Below are positions 10,381 to 19,669 of a DNA stretch of 55,634 bases, piece after piece. Location: the NCBI GenBank assembly GCA_038318285.1, contig JBBQCC010000001.1, positions 1 to 55,634 on the forward strand, read 5' to 3'. A program made the position numbers and the translations under genes. Position 1 is the first letter of the stretch. Every line of letters starts with the position of its first letter. The notes below the pieces were generated by a model, which saw nothing but the letters and a program-made list of their open reading frames with translations, was not told the DNA's origin and searched no databases. The DNA comes from Planctomycetota bacterium. GTDB lineage: Bacteria; Planctomycetota; UBA1135; GCA-002686595.

Positions 10381-10419
10381 GTGCCAGGCACACTTCGCCC
10401 ACCAACCTGTGCCTGGCAC
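10381..10419. terminator. GC-rich hairpin directly after the acyl-CoA dehydrogenase stop
   Basis: GTGCCAGGCAC (10381-10391) and GTGCCTGGCAC (10409-10419) are perfect reverse complements (11-bp stem, 17-nt loop). There is no U-tract, so terminator function is an inference. Confidence 0.4.
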
Positions 10420-10510
10420 ACATCGACCACATTCGTTCGGGGGAAATGCGGAGTTGGCGCGGGCGAACGCTTTCCCCAGAATGAATGCTGGCGAAGTTAG
10501 CCAGGCACCG
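10409..10510. repeat. Palindromic intergenic repeat element, copy A (diverged left arm, conserved right arm)
   Basis: The right arm 10471-10510, when reverse-complemented (CGGTGCCTGGCTAACTTCGCCAGCATTCATTCTGGGGAAA), nearly equals the unit at 20752-20795. The left arm 10409-10446 is a diverged forward copy. Confidence 0.7.
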
Positions 10511-10675
10511 AGTGCAGCACATGGAGAGAATCGTCGCCCAGCCCGAGGATCCGGAGTTGCGCTGGCACCGGGAACGGGTGCTCGCGCGATTTCCTTGGTT
10601 GCGATCGCTGCGGAGTGTCTTGGTCGTGATCGCGGCTGTCATGGGTTGCACGTACTTGATCGTGCGGCTCCTCGC

Positions 10676-11632
10676 ATGAGTGCTGCAGACGAACTTGCAC
10701 GGCGTTTTCGCGCCGGGGATCGTGCTGCGCTCGCGCGTGCGATCTCGTGGGCGGAGAACGCGAACCCGGACTACGCTGAGTTCCTGCGTGCCGTCTACTC
10801 GTTGGTGGGACGCGCGTGGCGCACCGGCATCACGGGGCCGCCGGGTGCGGGCAAGAGCACGCTGGTCAACGAACTCGCGCTCGTGCTGCGTGCGCGTCAG
10901 CGCACGGTCGGCATCCTCGCGGTCGATCCGTCGAGTCCGATCAGTGGCGGCGCGTTGCTGGGCGATCGCATCCGCATGGAGGAGCGCACGAGCGATCCGG
11001 GCGTGTTCATCCGCTCGATGGCGAGCCGCGGCAGCCATGGCGGCTTGTCACGTGCCGCGGCCGACGCTTGCGACGTGCTCGATGCGTTCGGCATCGAGGA
11101 AGTGTTGCTCGAGACGGTCGGCGTCGGTCAAGCCGAGTACGACGTCGTCTCGGCGACGGACACCGTGCTCGTGGTGCTGTGCCCCGGCGCGGGCGACGGC
11201 ATCCAAGCGATGAAGGCGGGCATCCTCGAGGTCGCCGACGTGCTCGTCGTGAACAAGGTCGACCTGCCCGGTTCCGATCGCTTGATGATGGACCTGGAGG
11301 AAGCGGCGCATGTCCGTCACGCCGGCACGGGTCGCTGGGTTCCGCCGGTCGTCGGATGCAGCGCCGGGAAATCGGAAGGCATCGACGGCGTGCTCGCTGC
11401 AATCGAGATCCATCGCGCGCACTTGGAGACTGTGGGGCTCGCCGCTGTGCGCGCGTCGAAACGCGTCGCGCACGTGCAGCGCGTGCTCGAAGCGCGCCTC
11501 GCCGACGCGTTGTGGGGACCGGGCGGCCAGCGCGAACAGGTGCGCGCGCAACTCGAATCGGGCCGCACGTCCTACGACGTCGTGGACGAGCTCTCGACGT
11601 CGCTGCTCGCGTCGCTGCGCACCCAGCCCTGA
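10676..11632 (+). CDS. meaB: Methylmalonyl/isobutyryl-CoA mutase-associated G-protein chaperone (MeaB/ArgK family)
   Basis: The internal ATG at 10676 (MSAADELARRF...) gives 318 aa. It has the P-loop GPPGAGKST, the VDPSSP..GGALLGD signature and the NKVD motif. Confidence 0.9.
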   Translation: MSAADELARRFRAGDRAALARAISWAENANPDYAEFLRAVYSLVGRAWRTGITGPPGAGKSTLVNELALVLRARQRTVGILAVDPSSPISGGALLGDRIRMEERTSDPGVFIRSMASRGSHGGLSRAAADACDVLDAFGIEEVLLETVGVGQAEYDVVSATDTVLVVLCPGAGDGIQAMKAGILEVADVLVVNKVDLPGSDRLMMDLEEAAHVRHAGTGRWVPPVVGCSAGKSEGIDGVLAAIEIHRAHLETVGLAAVRASKRVAHVQRVLEARLADALWGPGGQREQVRAQLESGRTSYDVVDELSTSLLASLRTQP

Positions 11633-11776
11633 ATCAGCGTGCTTGGTCGATGAGCGAGCCTGGCTCCTTTCTGGGTTGGCGTTTGGTTTCGCGGCTCGCC
11701 GATCGGATGTAGGCTGATCGGGGGCACAAAAACGCCCGCCACCGCTCCCGCGACTGCAACTGTTCCGGAGTCGATC

Positions 11777-13042
11777 ATGAGCCCGCGTTCCTTCCTGACC
11801 GGCCTGGCGATCCTTGCCACAACCGTCGTCTCCCACGCCAGCGTCCTTGTCGTCGCGCCCAGCGGCGCGCCTTTCACCACGATCCAAGCCGCCGTCGATG
11901 CGGCCGTGGATGGCGATGTCGTGCTCGTGAGACCGGGGACGTACGGCGGGTTCACGCTGAACGCGAAGTCGCTAGCGCTCGTCTCCGACCCCGCAGGCGC
12001 GGCTCACATCGCTGGCGCCACGCAGATCACGAACGTCGGCGTGGGGCGGATCACGTCGCTGTCGGGTTTCGCAGTCAGCGCCGGCGATTTGATCGCGACG
12101 GACTGCGCCGGCTCGCTTCGCTTCGAAGCGCTGACGTCGGATTTGCCCAGCGTGTCTCAGACGACGTACGCACACGCGCTGCTGCTATCGGACTGTGCCG
12201 ACGTCGCGATCCTGCGCTGCTTGCTGCAAGGCAGTCCTTCTCACGGCTCGTTCCCCAGCGATCCGGGTCAAGGCCTCGCGTTCAACGACTCGAACGTCGC
12301 GATCTACGACTCGAGCATCGTGGGCGGCAAGGGTTCGGACGCGCACTACATCGGCGTCGGTGGCAGTTCCCAGCCCCCGCTCTTCGGCGCGAAGGGTTGC
12401 GAAGTGGTCGGGTCGAGTCACCTCCTGCTCGCGGGGTCGACCATCACGGGCGGAGAGGGCGGCGGCGGTCTGCCCGGCATCTGCTTCCCCGGCCCGACGA
12501 ACGGAGGGTCCGGCGCGGTTGGCGGGATCGGCCTCGACATGGAGCCGAGCGTGCAAGCCTTCGCGCGCGACTCGAGCGTGCAGGGTGGAGCGGGCGGCGC
12601 CGGCGGCAGCGGTGCTTCCGGTTGCGGCACGCTCCCTGGCGCAATGGGGTCGCAGGGTCAGGCTGTCGGCGGCATGTTGACGACGCTTCCCGGATCGCGG
12701 CGCGTGCTGACGTGCGCGACGCACGTGCGCGAGCTGAACACGCTGAACTTGACGCTCGAGGGTCAACCCGGCGATGTCGTCGTGCTGAACCTGGGCACGT
12801 CCGCGCGGTGGTTGCTCGACCTTCCGCTGGGCGGAGTTCGTCTCGTCGGCCTGACTTCGCGGCGAGTGAACCTCGGCGTGATTCCGGGCTCGGGCGTGCT
12901 GAATGTCGGCCTTCCGATCGGCGACCTGGGTGCGGGCGTGGAAGCGCGCACGTACCAGTTGCAGGCCTACTTCCGCGATCTTTCGGGCGCAACGCACGCA
13001 GGTAGCGGAGCGGTGCTCGTCGCGCTCGACGCGGCGTTCTGA
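11777..13042 (+). CDS. Secreted right-handed beta-helix (pectate-lyase-fold-like) protein
   Basis: 421-aa ORF with a signal peptide. The N-terminal pattern [32 protein letters not shown] is typical of parallel beta-helix proteins, followed by Gly-rich repeats. Confidence 0.65.
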   Translation: MSPRSFLTGLAILATTVVSHASVLVVAPSGAPFTTIQAAVDAAVDGDVVLVRPGTYGGFTLNAKSLALVSDPAGAAHIAGATQITNVGVGRITSLSGFAVSAGDLIATDCAGSLRFEALTSDLPSVSQTTYAHALLLSDCADVAILRCLLQGSPSHGSFPSDPGQGLAFNDSNVAIYDSSIVGGKGSDAHYIGVGGSSQPPLFGAKGCEVVGSSHLLLAGSTITGGEGGGGLPGICFPGPTNGGSGAVGGIGLDMEPSVQAFARDSSVQGGAGGAGGSGASGCGTLPGAMGSQGQAVGGMLTTLPGSRRVLTCATHVRELNTLNLTLEGQPGDVVVLNLGTSARWLLDLPLGGVRLVGLTSRRVNLGVIPGSGVLNVGLPIGDLGAGVEARTYQLQAYFRDLSGATHAGSGAVLVALDAAF

Positions 13043-13194
13043 CGCGGGTCGGGTCCTCCCTCTCGCAGCCCGATCCGCGCCCCGCGACCTCCGCAAGGCG
13101 CGGAAGACTCGCGCGAGCCCGTATACTGCGGGTTGCGAGCATTCGGACGGACCGTGCGCGGTTCGTCCTCCGTTCGACCGGAGCCAAGAACCGC

Positions 13195-14856
13195 ATGAGC
13201 CCTCAGGACGTACTCCGTACCGACGCCGCCGCGATCTGGCAGCGTGCCTTCGACAAGGCCGAGAAGCGCGACGCCGAGTTCACCACGGTGTCGGGCGTCG
13301 AGCTCGAACCGCTGTACGGGCCCGACGACGTCCAGCTCGACCCCGAGAACGATCTCGGCATGCCCGGTCAGTTCCCGTTCACGCGCGGCGTGCATCCGAC
13401 GATGTACCGCGGGCGCCTGTGGACGATGCGTCAGTTCGCGGGCTTCGGCAGCGCAAAGCAGACGAACGAGCGGTTCAAGTACTTGCTCGCGCACGGCCAG
13501 ACGGGGCTGTCGACCGCTTTCGACTTCCCGACGTTGATGGGCTACGACTCGGACCACGAGCGCAGTCGCGGCGAGGTCGGTCAGGTCGGCGTCGCGATCA
13601 GCTGCCTGCGCGACATGGAGACCCTGATGGACGGGATCCCCATGGCCGACGTGTCGACGTCGATGACGATCAACGGGCCCGCCCCCATCTTGTTGGCGTA
13701 CTACATCGCGTGTGGCGAGCGGCAGGGCGTCGCGCCGGCGAAGCTGCGCGGCACGGTGCAGAACGACATCTTGAAGGAGTACCAGGCGCAGCACGCGTGG
13801 CTCGTTCCCGCCGAACCTGCTCTGCGGATGATCACGGACGTGATGGGCTACTGCGCGACGCATGTGCCGCAGTGGAACACGATCTCGATCAGCGGCTACC
13901 ACATCCGCGAAGCGGGCTCGACAGCGGCGCAAGAGCTGGCGTTCACGCTGGCGAACGGCATGGAGTACGTGCGTCGTGGTGTGGCGGCCGGACTCGACAT
14001 CGACGCGTTCGCGCCGCGATTGTCGTTCTTCTTCGACAGCCACATCGACTTTTTCGAAGAGATCGCCAAGTTCCGCGCGGCGCGCAGGATCTGGGCGCGG
14101 AAGATGCGCGACGAGTTCGGCGCGAAGGATCCGCGCTCGTGGATGCTGCGCTTTCACACGCAAACGGCTGGCGTGACGCTGACGGCGCAACAGCCCGAGA
14201 ACAACATCGTGCGCACGGCCTACGAAGCGTTGGCCGCGGTGCTGGGCGGAACGCAGTCGCTGCACACGAACTCGATGGACGAGACGCTGTCGCTGCCGAC
14301 CGAGAAAGCCGTCAAGATCGCGCTGCGCACGCAGCAGATCCTGGCCGAGGAGACCGAGGTTGCGCACGTCGCAGACCCGCTCGCCGGCAGCTACTTCGTC
14401 GAGGCGCAGACGAACCGCCTCGAAGCGGACGCCGAGCGCTACTTCGCCGAGATCGCCAAAAGAGGCGGCGTCGTCGCGGCGACAGAAGCCGGCTGGATCC
14501 AGCGCGAAATCCATCGTTCGGCCGTGCAGTACCAACGCGCGACCGAGCAGGACGAGAAGAAGATCGTCGGTGTGAACTGCTTCACGGAAGACGAAAGCGG
14601 CGGTCCGACGATCGAGATCCACAAGATCGACGCGGCCGTCGAGCGCGAGCAACACGAGCGGCTCGCGGACGTGCGCAAGAAGCGTGACGCCGCGAAGGCC
14701 AAGAGGGCCTTGGACGACGTGCGCGACGCGTGCGGCGGCAAGGACAACCTGCTCGAGCGCTTCGTGGCCGCCGCGCACGCCGAGTGCACGCTGGGCGAGA
14801 TCACGGACGTGCTGCGCGCGAGCTTCGGCGAGTACCGCGAGCCGAAGATCCTGTGA
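13195..14856 (+). CDS. icmA: B12-dependent acyl-CoA mutase large (substrate-binding) subunit, isobutyryl-CoA-mutase type
   Basis: 553-aa ORF with strong mutase family patterns ([63 protein letters not shown]). It has no C-terminal B12 domain, so the enzyme is split. Phe81 and Gln199 occupy the positions of MCM Tyr89/Arg207. Confidence 0.85.
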   Translation: MSPQDVLRTDAAAIWQRAFDKAEKRDAEFTTVSGVELEPLYGPDDVQLDPENDLGMPGQFPFTRGVHPTMYRGRLWTMRQFAGFGSAKQTNERFKYLLAHGQTGLSTAFDFPTLMGYDSDHERSRGEVGQVGVAISCLRDMETLMDGIPMADVSTSMTINGPAPILLAYYIACGERQGVAPAKLRGTVQNDILKEYQAQHAWLVPAEPALRMITDVMGYCATHVPQWNTISISGYHIREAGSTAAQELAFTLANGMEYVRRGVAAGLDIDAFAPRLSFFFDSHIDFFEEIAKFRAARRIWARKMRDEFGAKDPRSWMLRFHTQTAGVTLTAQQPENNIVRTAYEALAAVLGGTQSLHTNSMDETLSLPTEKAVKIALRTQQILAEETEVAHVADPLAGSYFVEAQTNRLEADAERYFAEIAKRGGVVAATEAGWIQREIHRSAVQYQRATEQDEKKIVGVNCFTEDESGGPTIEIHKIDAAVEREQHERLADVRKKRDAAKAKRALDDVRDACGGKDNLLERFVAAAHAECTLGEITDVLRASFGEYREPKIL

Positions 14857-15344
14857 AGCGATTCCTCCTCGCGCTCGTCCTCTCTGTCGTTGTCGGCGCG
14901 CTCGTTGCCCTCGGAATGTTTCCCTTGCTGCACGATTCGACCGGATTTCTCGCGGACAACCGCGCGGCGGTCGTCGGCGGAATCTGCGGCTTGGTCTCCG
15001 TCCTGGTCGTTCAGCACTTCGCAGCGCGATCGCAAGTGCTCGGGGTTCCGCGCATGGCAAAATCCACGAGCCCAGGACCCATGACTCCGCTGACGCCGAA
15101 CCGCTGGGTGAAGATTGGGGCGCTAGCAATCCTGGCCGTGTTCGTAGCCGACGCCGTGCTCGGCGCTCTCCTGTTCACGAGCCACTTCTTCGCCGAGAAC
15201 GTGCACCAGCGCATGATGTTCAAGGGCGCGTTCTTCTTCCTGCTTGGCGCCCTTGGTTTCACGGGATTGCTGCGCCTCTTTTTGCGATGGGGGCTCGTCG
15301 GCAGGGAAGTTGGGTCGAGGCCTTCGACGCCCGCAGCGCTTTGA
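14853..15344 (+). CDS. Hypothetical integral membrane protein (about 4 TM helices)
   Basis: The GTG at 14853 overlaps the icmA stop (GTGA). The 163-aa product has four hydrophobic segments. There is no family recognition. Confidence 0.5.
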   Translation: MKRFLLALVLSVVVGALVALGMFPLLHDSTGFLADNRAAVVGGICGLVSVLVVQHFAARSQVLGVPRMAKSTSPGPMTPLTPNRWVKIGALAILAVFVADAVLGALLFTSHFFAENVHQRMMFKGAFFFLLGALGFTGLLRLFLRWGLVGREVGSRPSTPAAL

Positions 15345-16669
15345 GCGCGCAGTCTTCGTTCGCAGGCTCGGACGAGAAGCCCGCCGCGCCGAAAGACAAG
15401 CGTCCGCACGTTGTCATCCTCGGCGGCGGATTCGGCGGGTTGCGCGCCGCGCGCGAGCTGGCGAAGGCTGCCGTGCGCGTCACGCTGATCGATCGGCGCA
15501 ATCACCACTTGTTCCAGCCGCTGCTGTACCAAGTGGCGACCGCGGCGCTGACGACCGCCGACATCGCATCGCCGCTGCGGCAGATCGTGCACGCGCAGGA
15601 GAACACGACCGTGCTGCTTGCGGACGCGCGCGCGATCGACGCAGACGGACGGCGCGTGGTGCTCGACAAGGGCGAGATCGCGTACGACTACCTCATCGTC
15701 GCGACGGGCGTCGAGACGAGTTGGTTCGGTCACCCTGAGTGGGCCGAGCACGCGCTCGCGTTGAAATCCGCCGACGACGCGCTGGCGATCCGCTCGCGCA
15801 TCCTGCTGGCGTACGAAGCGGCCGAGCGCACGGACGATGCCGAGGAGCGCGCGCGACTCCTGACCTTCGTCGTGATCGGCGGTGGACCGACGGGCGTCGA
15901 ACTGTCGGGCGCGCTGACCGAAATCGCGCGGCATACATTGGCTCGCAACTTCCGGCGCTTCGATCCGGCGACGACGCGCGTCGTGTTGATCGAGGGCGAA
16001 CCGCGCCTGCTGTCGGCCTTCCCCGAGGAATTGTCGCAGCGCGCAGCCGAGATCCTGCAGCGCATGGGTGTCACGCTCCGACTCAAGACGCGCGTCACGG
16101 GGATCGACGAGCACGGCGCGCACATCGGCGACGAGTCGATTCGCGCGGCCACCGTCCTGTGGGCAGCGGGCGTGCACGTCACGTCGCTGACCGCGACGAT
16201 CGGCGCGCCTCTCGATCGGCAAGGGCGACTGATCGTCGAAGCCGACCTCTCTGTTCCCGGACACCCCGAGATCCAAGTCGTCGGCGACGCGGCGCACGTG
16301 ACGCTCGAGAAATCCTCCGAGCCCGGCGGCAAGGACGAGACCGTGCCCGGCATGTGTCCCGGCGCGATCCAGATGGGCGAGCACGCGGCGCAGAACATCG
16401 CGCGCGCCGTGCGCGGTCTGTCGACCCAACCCTTCCGATATCACGACAAGGGCTCGCTGGCCGCGATCGGTCGCTCCACGGCGGTAGCGTCCATCGGACG
16501 CGTGCGCACGGCCGGATTCTGGGCCTGGGTGCTGTGGGTCTTCGTCCACATCTTCTACTTGATCGGATTCCGCAACCGAATCGCCGTGCTGTTCGACTGG
16601 GGCTGGCTGTTCGCCACCCGTCAACGCGGGGCGCGCGTGATCGTCGGGAGCCCGCGCGAGCGGAGGTAG
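15287..16669 (+). CDS. ndh: Type II NADH dehydrogenase (NDH-2) family FAD-dependent oxidoreductase
   Basis: It has two dinucleotide-binding motifs (VVILGGGFGGL and VVIGGGPTGVELSG) and a C-terminal membrane-association helix. The start is uncertain: ATG 15287 overlaps the previous ORF by 58 nt, and the alternative TTG 15341 overlaps its stop (TTGA). Confidence 0.85.
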   Translation: MGARRQGSWVEAFDARSALSAQSSFAGSDEKPAAPKDKRPHVVILGGGFGGLRAARELAKAAVRVTLIDRRNHHLFQPLLYQVATAALTTADIASPLRQIVHAQENTTVLLADARAIDADGRRVVLDKGEIAYDYLIVATGVETSWFGHPEWAEHALALKSADDALAIRSRILLAYEAAERTDDAEERARLLTFVVIGGGPTGVELSGALTEIARHTLARNFRRFDPATTRVVLIEGEPRLLSAFPEELSQRAAEILQRMGVTLRLKTRVTGIDEHGAHIGDESIRAATVLWAAGVHVTSLTATIGAPLDRQGRLIVEADLSVPGHPEIQVVGDAAHVTLEKSSEPGGKDETVPGMCPGAIQMGEHAAQNIARAVRGLSTQPFRYHDKGSLAAIGRSTAVASIGRVRTAGFWAWVLWVFVHIFYLIGFRNRIAVLFDWGWLFATRQRGARVIVGSPRERR

Positions 16670-16801
16670 GGCTTCGTCCGCGACCCGATCTGGTGCAGTT
16701 GGCCGGATCCTACTGGTGAAAAGAGCGCCGTGCGTCAAAATGGCCCGGCCCCGATCTCGGCGTGCGCCGAGCGATCCAAAGATCCCGAGCCCCGAGCCAC
16801 C

Positions 16802-17218
16802 ATGACCTCGCAGAAGATCCGCGTGCTCGTCGCGAAGCCGGGCCTCGACGGCCACGACCGCGGCGCCAAGACCGTCGCTACCGTGCTGCGCGACCGCGGG
16901 ATGGAAGTCATCTACACCGGTCTGCACCAGACGCCGGAGATGATCGCCGAAGCCGCCATGCAGGAGGACGTCGACGTGGTCGGCCTGTCGATCCTGTCCG
17001 GCGCGCACATGGAGCTGTTTCCGCGCGTGCGGGCCGAGCTCGAGAAGCGCGGCGTCGGTCACGTGTTGCTCGTCGGCGGCGGCATCATCCCGAACGACGA
17101 CATGAAAAAGCTGGAAGCCCAGGGCTTCGCGAAGCTCTTCGGACCGGGCACGCGCACCGACGACATCGGCGTGTACATCGAGACCGAGATGGCGAAGCGC
17201 CGCGCCGCGAAGGTCTGA
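16802..17218 (+). CDS. icmB: Acyl-CoA mutase small subunit (cobalamin-binding domain)
   Basis: The internal ATG at 16802 (MTSQKIRVLVAK...) gives 138 aa. It has the B12-binding DxHxxG motif (GLDGHDRGAK) and the SILSG and GGGIIP motifs. Confidence 0.9.
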   Translation: MTSQKIRVLVAKPGLDGHDRGAKTVATVLRDRGMEVIYTGLHQTPEMIAEAAMQEDVDVVGLSILSGAHMELFPRVRAELEKRGVGHVLLVGGGIIPNDDMKKLEAQGFAKLFGPGTRTDDIGVYIETEMAKRRAAKV

Positions 17219-17227
17219 GGGAGATCC

Positions 17228-17539
17228 ATGGCCGACCGCGAGATCCTGAACATCGACGAAGCCGCCGAGTTGCTCGGCGTGTCCGTGAAGACCTTCAACA
17301 AGGTCCTGCACTCCGAAGACCTGCCCGCACGCAAGATCGGTCGCGAGTGGAAGTTCTCGCGCGCCGCCCTGATCGCCTGGGTCGGCAGCGGTGAGAGTCG
17401 GCGGTTCTACAAGGAATCGAGCAGCGACTCCGCGAACGAAGAGATCACACCGGCGCCGCGACAGGCGCGGCTGCCAGAGAACGGTGCCGTGAACGGCCCG
17501 CGCGCTCGGCGCACGGCCGGCTGGCAGATCGAAGACTGA
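17228..17539 (+). CDS. Excisionase-family (MerR-like) helix-turn-helix DNA-binding protein
   Basis: 103-aa ORF. The N-terminal [21 protein letters not shown]...[20 protein letters not shown] matches the excisionase-type HTH pattern, and the tail looks disordered. Confidence 0.75.
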   Translation: MADREILNIDEAAELLGVSVKTFNKVLHSEDLPARKIGREWKFSRAALIAWVGSGESRRFYKESSSDSANEEITPAPRQARLPENGAVNGPRARRTAGWQIED

Positions 17540-17550
17540 ACGAACACAAC

Positions 17551-18753
17551 ATGCAGACGGAAGCAGAGACGCACTACACGCTGCCCGACATCCGGCACGC
17601 GTTCGACCTCACGCAGGATCAGCAGATGATCCGGGATACCGTGCGCGAGTTCGCGCAGTCCGAGGTTGCGCCGCTGGCGCACGAGATCGACGAGAACCAC
17701 CGCTTTCCGATGGAGACGTGGCGGAAGATCGTCGACATGGGATTGCCGGGCATCCCGTTCCCCGAGGAATACGGCGGCAGCAACGGCGGGACGCTGGCGT
17801 ACTGCATCGCGGTCGAGGAGATCAGCCGCGTGTGCGGCTCGACGGGGCTGACGCTCGCGGCGCACTGCTCGCTGGGCACGTACCCGATCTACAAGTGGGG
17901 CAGCGACAAGCTGCGCCAGATGTACGTGCCGAAGCTCGTCGCGGGCGAGTTCATGGGCGCGTACGGCTTGACGGAGCCGAACGCGGGCTCGGACTCGGGC
18001 GGGACGCAGACGACGGCGAAGCTGGTCGGCGACGAGTACGTGCTGAACGGCGCGAAGTGCTTCATCACGAACGCGAATCACGCCGGCACGTTCATCTGCA
18101 CGGCGGTGACGCACCCGGAACTCGGTCCGAAGGGCATCAGCGCGTTCGTCGTGCCGCGCGAAACGCCCGGTTTCAGCATCGAAAAGGGCGAAGAGAAGCT
18201 CGGGATGCGCGGCAGTGACTGGGCCAGTCTCGTGTTCCAGGACGCACGGATTCCGCGAGACCACTTGCTCGGCCCCGAAGGGCAGGGCTTCACCACGTTC
18301 ATGAAGACGCTGGAGGGCGGACGCATCTCGATCGGCGCGCTCAGCCTCGGGATCGCGCAGGGTGCGCTGGACGTCGCGACGAAGTACGCGCAGGAGCGTG
18401 AGGCGTTCGGGAAGAAGCTCGCCGACCAACAGGCGGTGCAGTTCAAGCTGGCGAACATGGCGCTCGACGTCGAGATCGCGCGCCACCTCGTCTACCACGC
18501 GGCGCGTTTGAAGGACGCCGACCAGGTCTACGGCCGCGACGCCGCGATGGCGAAGCTGCACGCTTCGGAGGCGGCGATGCGCTGCACGTACGACGCGATC
18601 CAGATCCACGGCGGGTACGGGTACTCACGCGAATACCCGGTCGAGCGCATGTGGCGCGACGCGAAGCTGTGCGTGATCGGCGAGGGCACGAGCGAGATCC
18701 AACGGATCATCATCGCGCGCAATTTGTTGCGCGGGGCACCGGGGCAGAGCTGA
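17551..18753 (+). CDS. Acyl-CoA dehydrogenase (second copy)
   Basis: 400-aa ORF with ACAD patterns ([13 protein letters not shown], catalytic-Glu region [11 protein letters not shown]). Confidence 0.93.
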   Translation: MQTEAETHYTLPDIRHAFDLTQDQQMIRDTVREFAQSEVAPLAHEIDENHRFPMETWRKIVDMGLPGIPFPEEYGGSNGGTLAYCIAVEEISRVCGSTGLTLAAHCSLGTYPIYKWGSDKLRQMYVPKLVAGEFMGAYGLTEPNAGSDSGGTQTTAKLVGDEYVLNGAKCFITNANHAGTFICTAVTHPELGPKGISAFVVPRETPGFSIEKGEEKLGMRGSDWASLVFQDARIPRDHLLGPEGQGFTTFMKTLEGGRISIGALSLGIAQGALDVATKYAQEREAFGKKLADQQAVQFKLANMALDVEIARHLVYHAARLKDADQVYGRDAAMAKLHASEAAMRCTYDAIQIHGGYGYSREYPVERMWRDAKLCVIGEGTSEIQRIIIARNLLRGAPGQS

Positions 18754-18795
18754 TTCCACCGTTCGGCATGCGTCGGGCCGAGGCGCGCGCGGGGT

Positions 18796-19596
18796 CTACG
18801 TCACCTGACCGAACTTCGCGCTGAGCCGTCCGGTCCAGTCCTCGAGACGCTGCTGGCAGCCCGCGTACATCGCGTCGTGCACGAATTCGAGGCCGACGCG
18901 AACGGTCGGCGTGCCCTGCTTCGCGCCACGGACCTTCGCGCGCAGGCGCATCGTTCCGCCGGATCCGGGGAACGCGAGCAGCAGCCCAACTTCGCGCGCG
19001 ATGACGATCGAGCGCGCGGACTCTACGTCCATGTGCGCGGCGAGGCCGTCGAGCGAGACGTCGCCGACGCGACCACGGCTCTTGCCGCCACCCCACGTCA
19101 CTGTGACCGTCGCGGCGAGGTCGCTGCGCGGTTCGTAGCGGGGCGAGCGGCGCAGGCTGAACCAGCGGCGCCATTCAGGCGTGACCTGCGTGCGCAACTC
19201 GTCCTCGTCGACGAAATGTAGGCCATAGCGTGTCCCACCGCTTTGCAGCGGCTCCGCGCTGGCGACGAGCGCACGCAGCGAGAGGTCGGGCAGGCGCAGC
19301 GACGTGACCATCACCACGCCGATCTGTCCGACGCGAATGTTCGGGTCGGCTGCATAGCCGAAGCGCACGCCCGCGCCCGACCAACAGCAGTCCTCGACGA
19401 TGCCGAAGAGACGCGTGCCGTCGGGTCGACGGATCTCCATCCGCACGGTTGGTCCGTGGACCATCACGACGCGGTGGAAGCGGCGTCGATCGCTCGCGCG
19501 CGGCATCGCGCCGGGCACGGTCGGTTCGCCGGCGAGTCGAATGAGTGACGAGCGGGGGAGGGGAATCGAACGGATGCGACCTTCGGGGAAGTTCAT
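18796..19596 (-). CDS. Tandem PilZ-domain protein (putative c-di-GMP receptor)
   Basis: The C-terminal domain has RRSPR (RxxxR) followed by DVSLDG (DxSxxG). The N-terminal domain has RRFHR but a degenerate second motif (CWSGAG). I chose the start at the MNFPEG Met (19596). The longer ORF to 19803 would overlap the divergent gene. Confidence 0.65.
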   Translation of the reverse strand: MNFPEGRIRSIPLPRSSLIRLAGEPTVPGAMPRASDRRRFHRVVMVHGPTVRMEIRRPDGTRLFGIVEDCCWSGAGVRFGYAADPNIRVGQIGVVMVTSLRLPDLSLRALVASAEPLQSGGTRYGLHFVDEDELRTQVTPEWRRWFSLRRSPRYEPRSDLAATVTVTWGGGKSRGRVGDVSLDGLAAHMDVESARSIVIAREVGLLLAFPGSGGTMRLRAKVRGAKQGTPTVRVGLEFVHDAMYAGCQQRLEDWTGRLSAKFGQVT

Positions 19597-19669
19597 GGTC
19601 GATGTCAGGGATCGGCGATTCCAGGCCGGAACATGAACTTCGTTCCGTAAAGACGGGCAGCGGAGGTGC

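Noticed and set aside
10485-10679. 64-aa ORF (MLAKLARHRVQHMERIV...SVLVVIAAVMGCTYLIVRLLA) with a TM-like C-terminus, ending at the meaB start.
   Set aside because: Its first codons are simply the translated repeat element; the same MLAKLARHR string is produced by the copy at 20.8 kb. No RBS is evident. It remains a weak possibility for a small membrane peptide, but it is not reportable as a gene.
13043-13194. Possible cobalamin riboswitch upstream of the B12-dependent mutase gene. The region contains an imperfect hairpin (GGACGGACC...GGTTCGTCC).
   Set aside because: The region is only ~150 nt. I could not find a B12-box-like consensus or the multi-stem architecture. Mutase genes are also not typical riboswitch targets. 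A covariance-model scan (Rfam RF00174) would settle it.
17228-17539. Excisionase-family gene as evidence of a prophage or integrative element.
   Set aside because: There is no integrase, no phage or conjugation genes, no flanking direct repeats and no tRNA gene nearby. The gene is embedded with 10-12-nt spacing in a metabolic operon.
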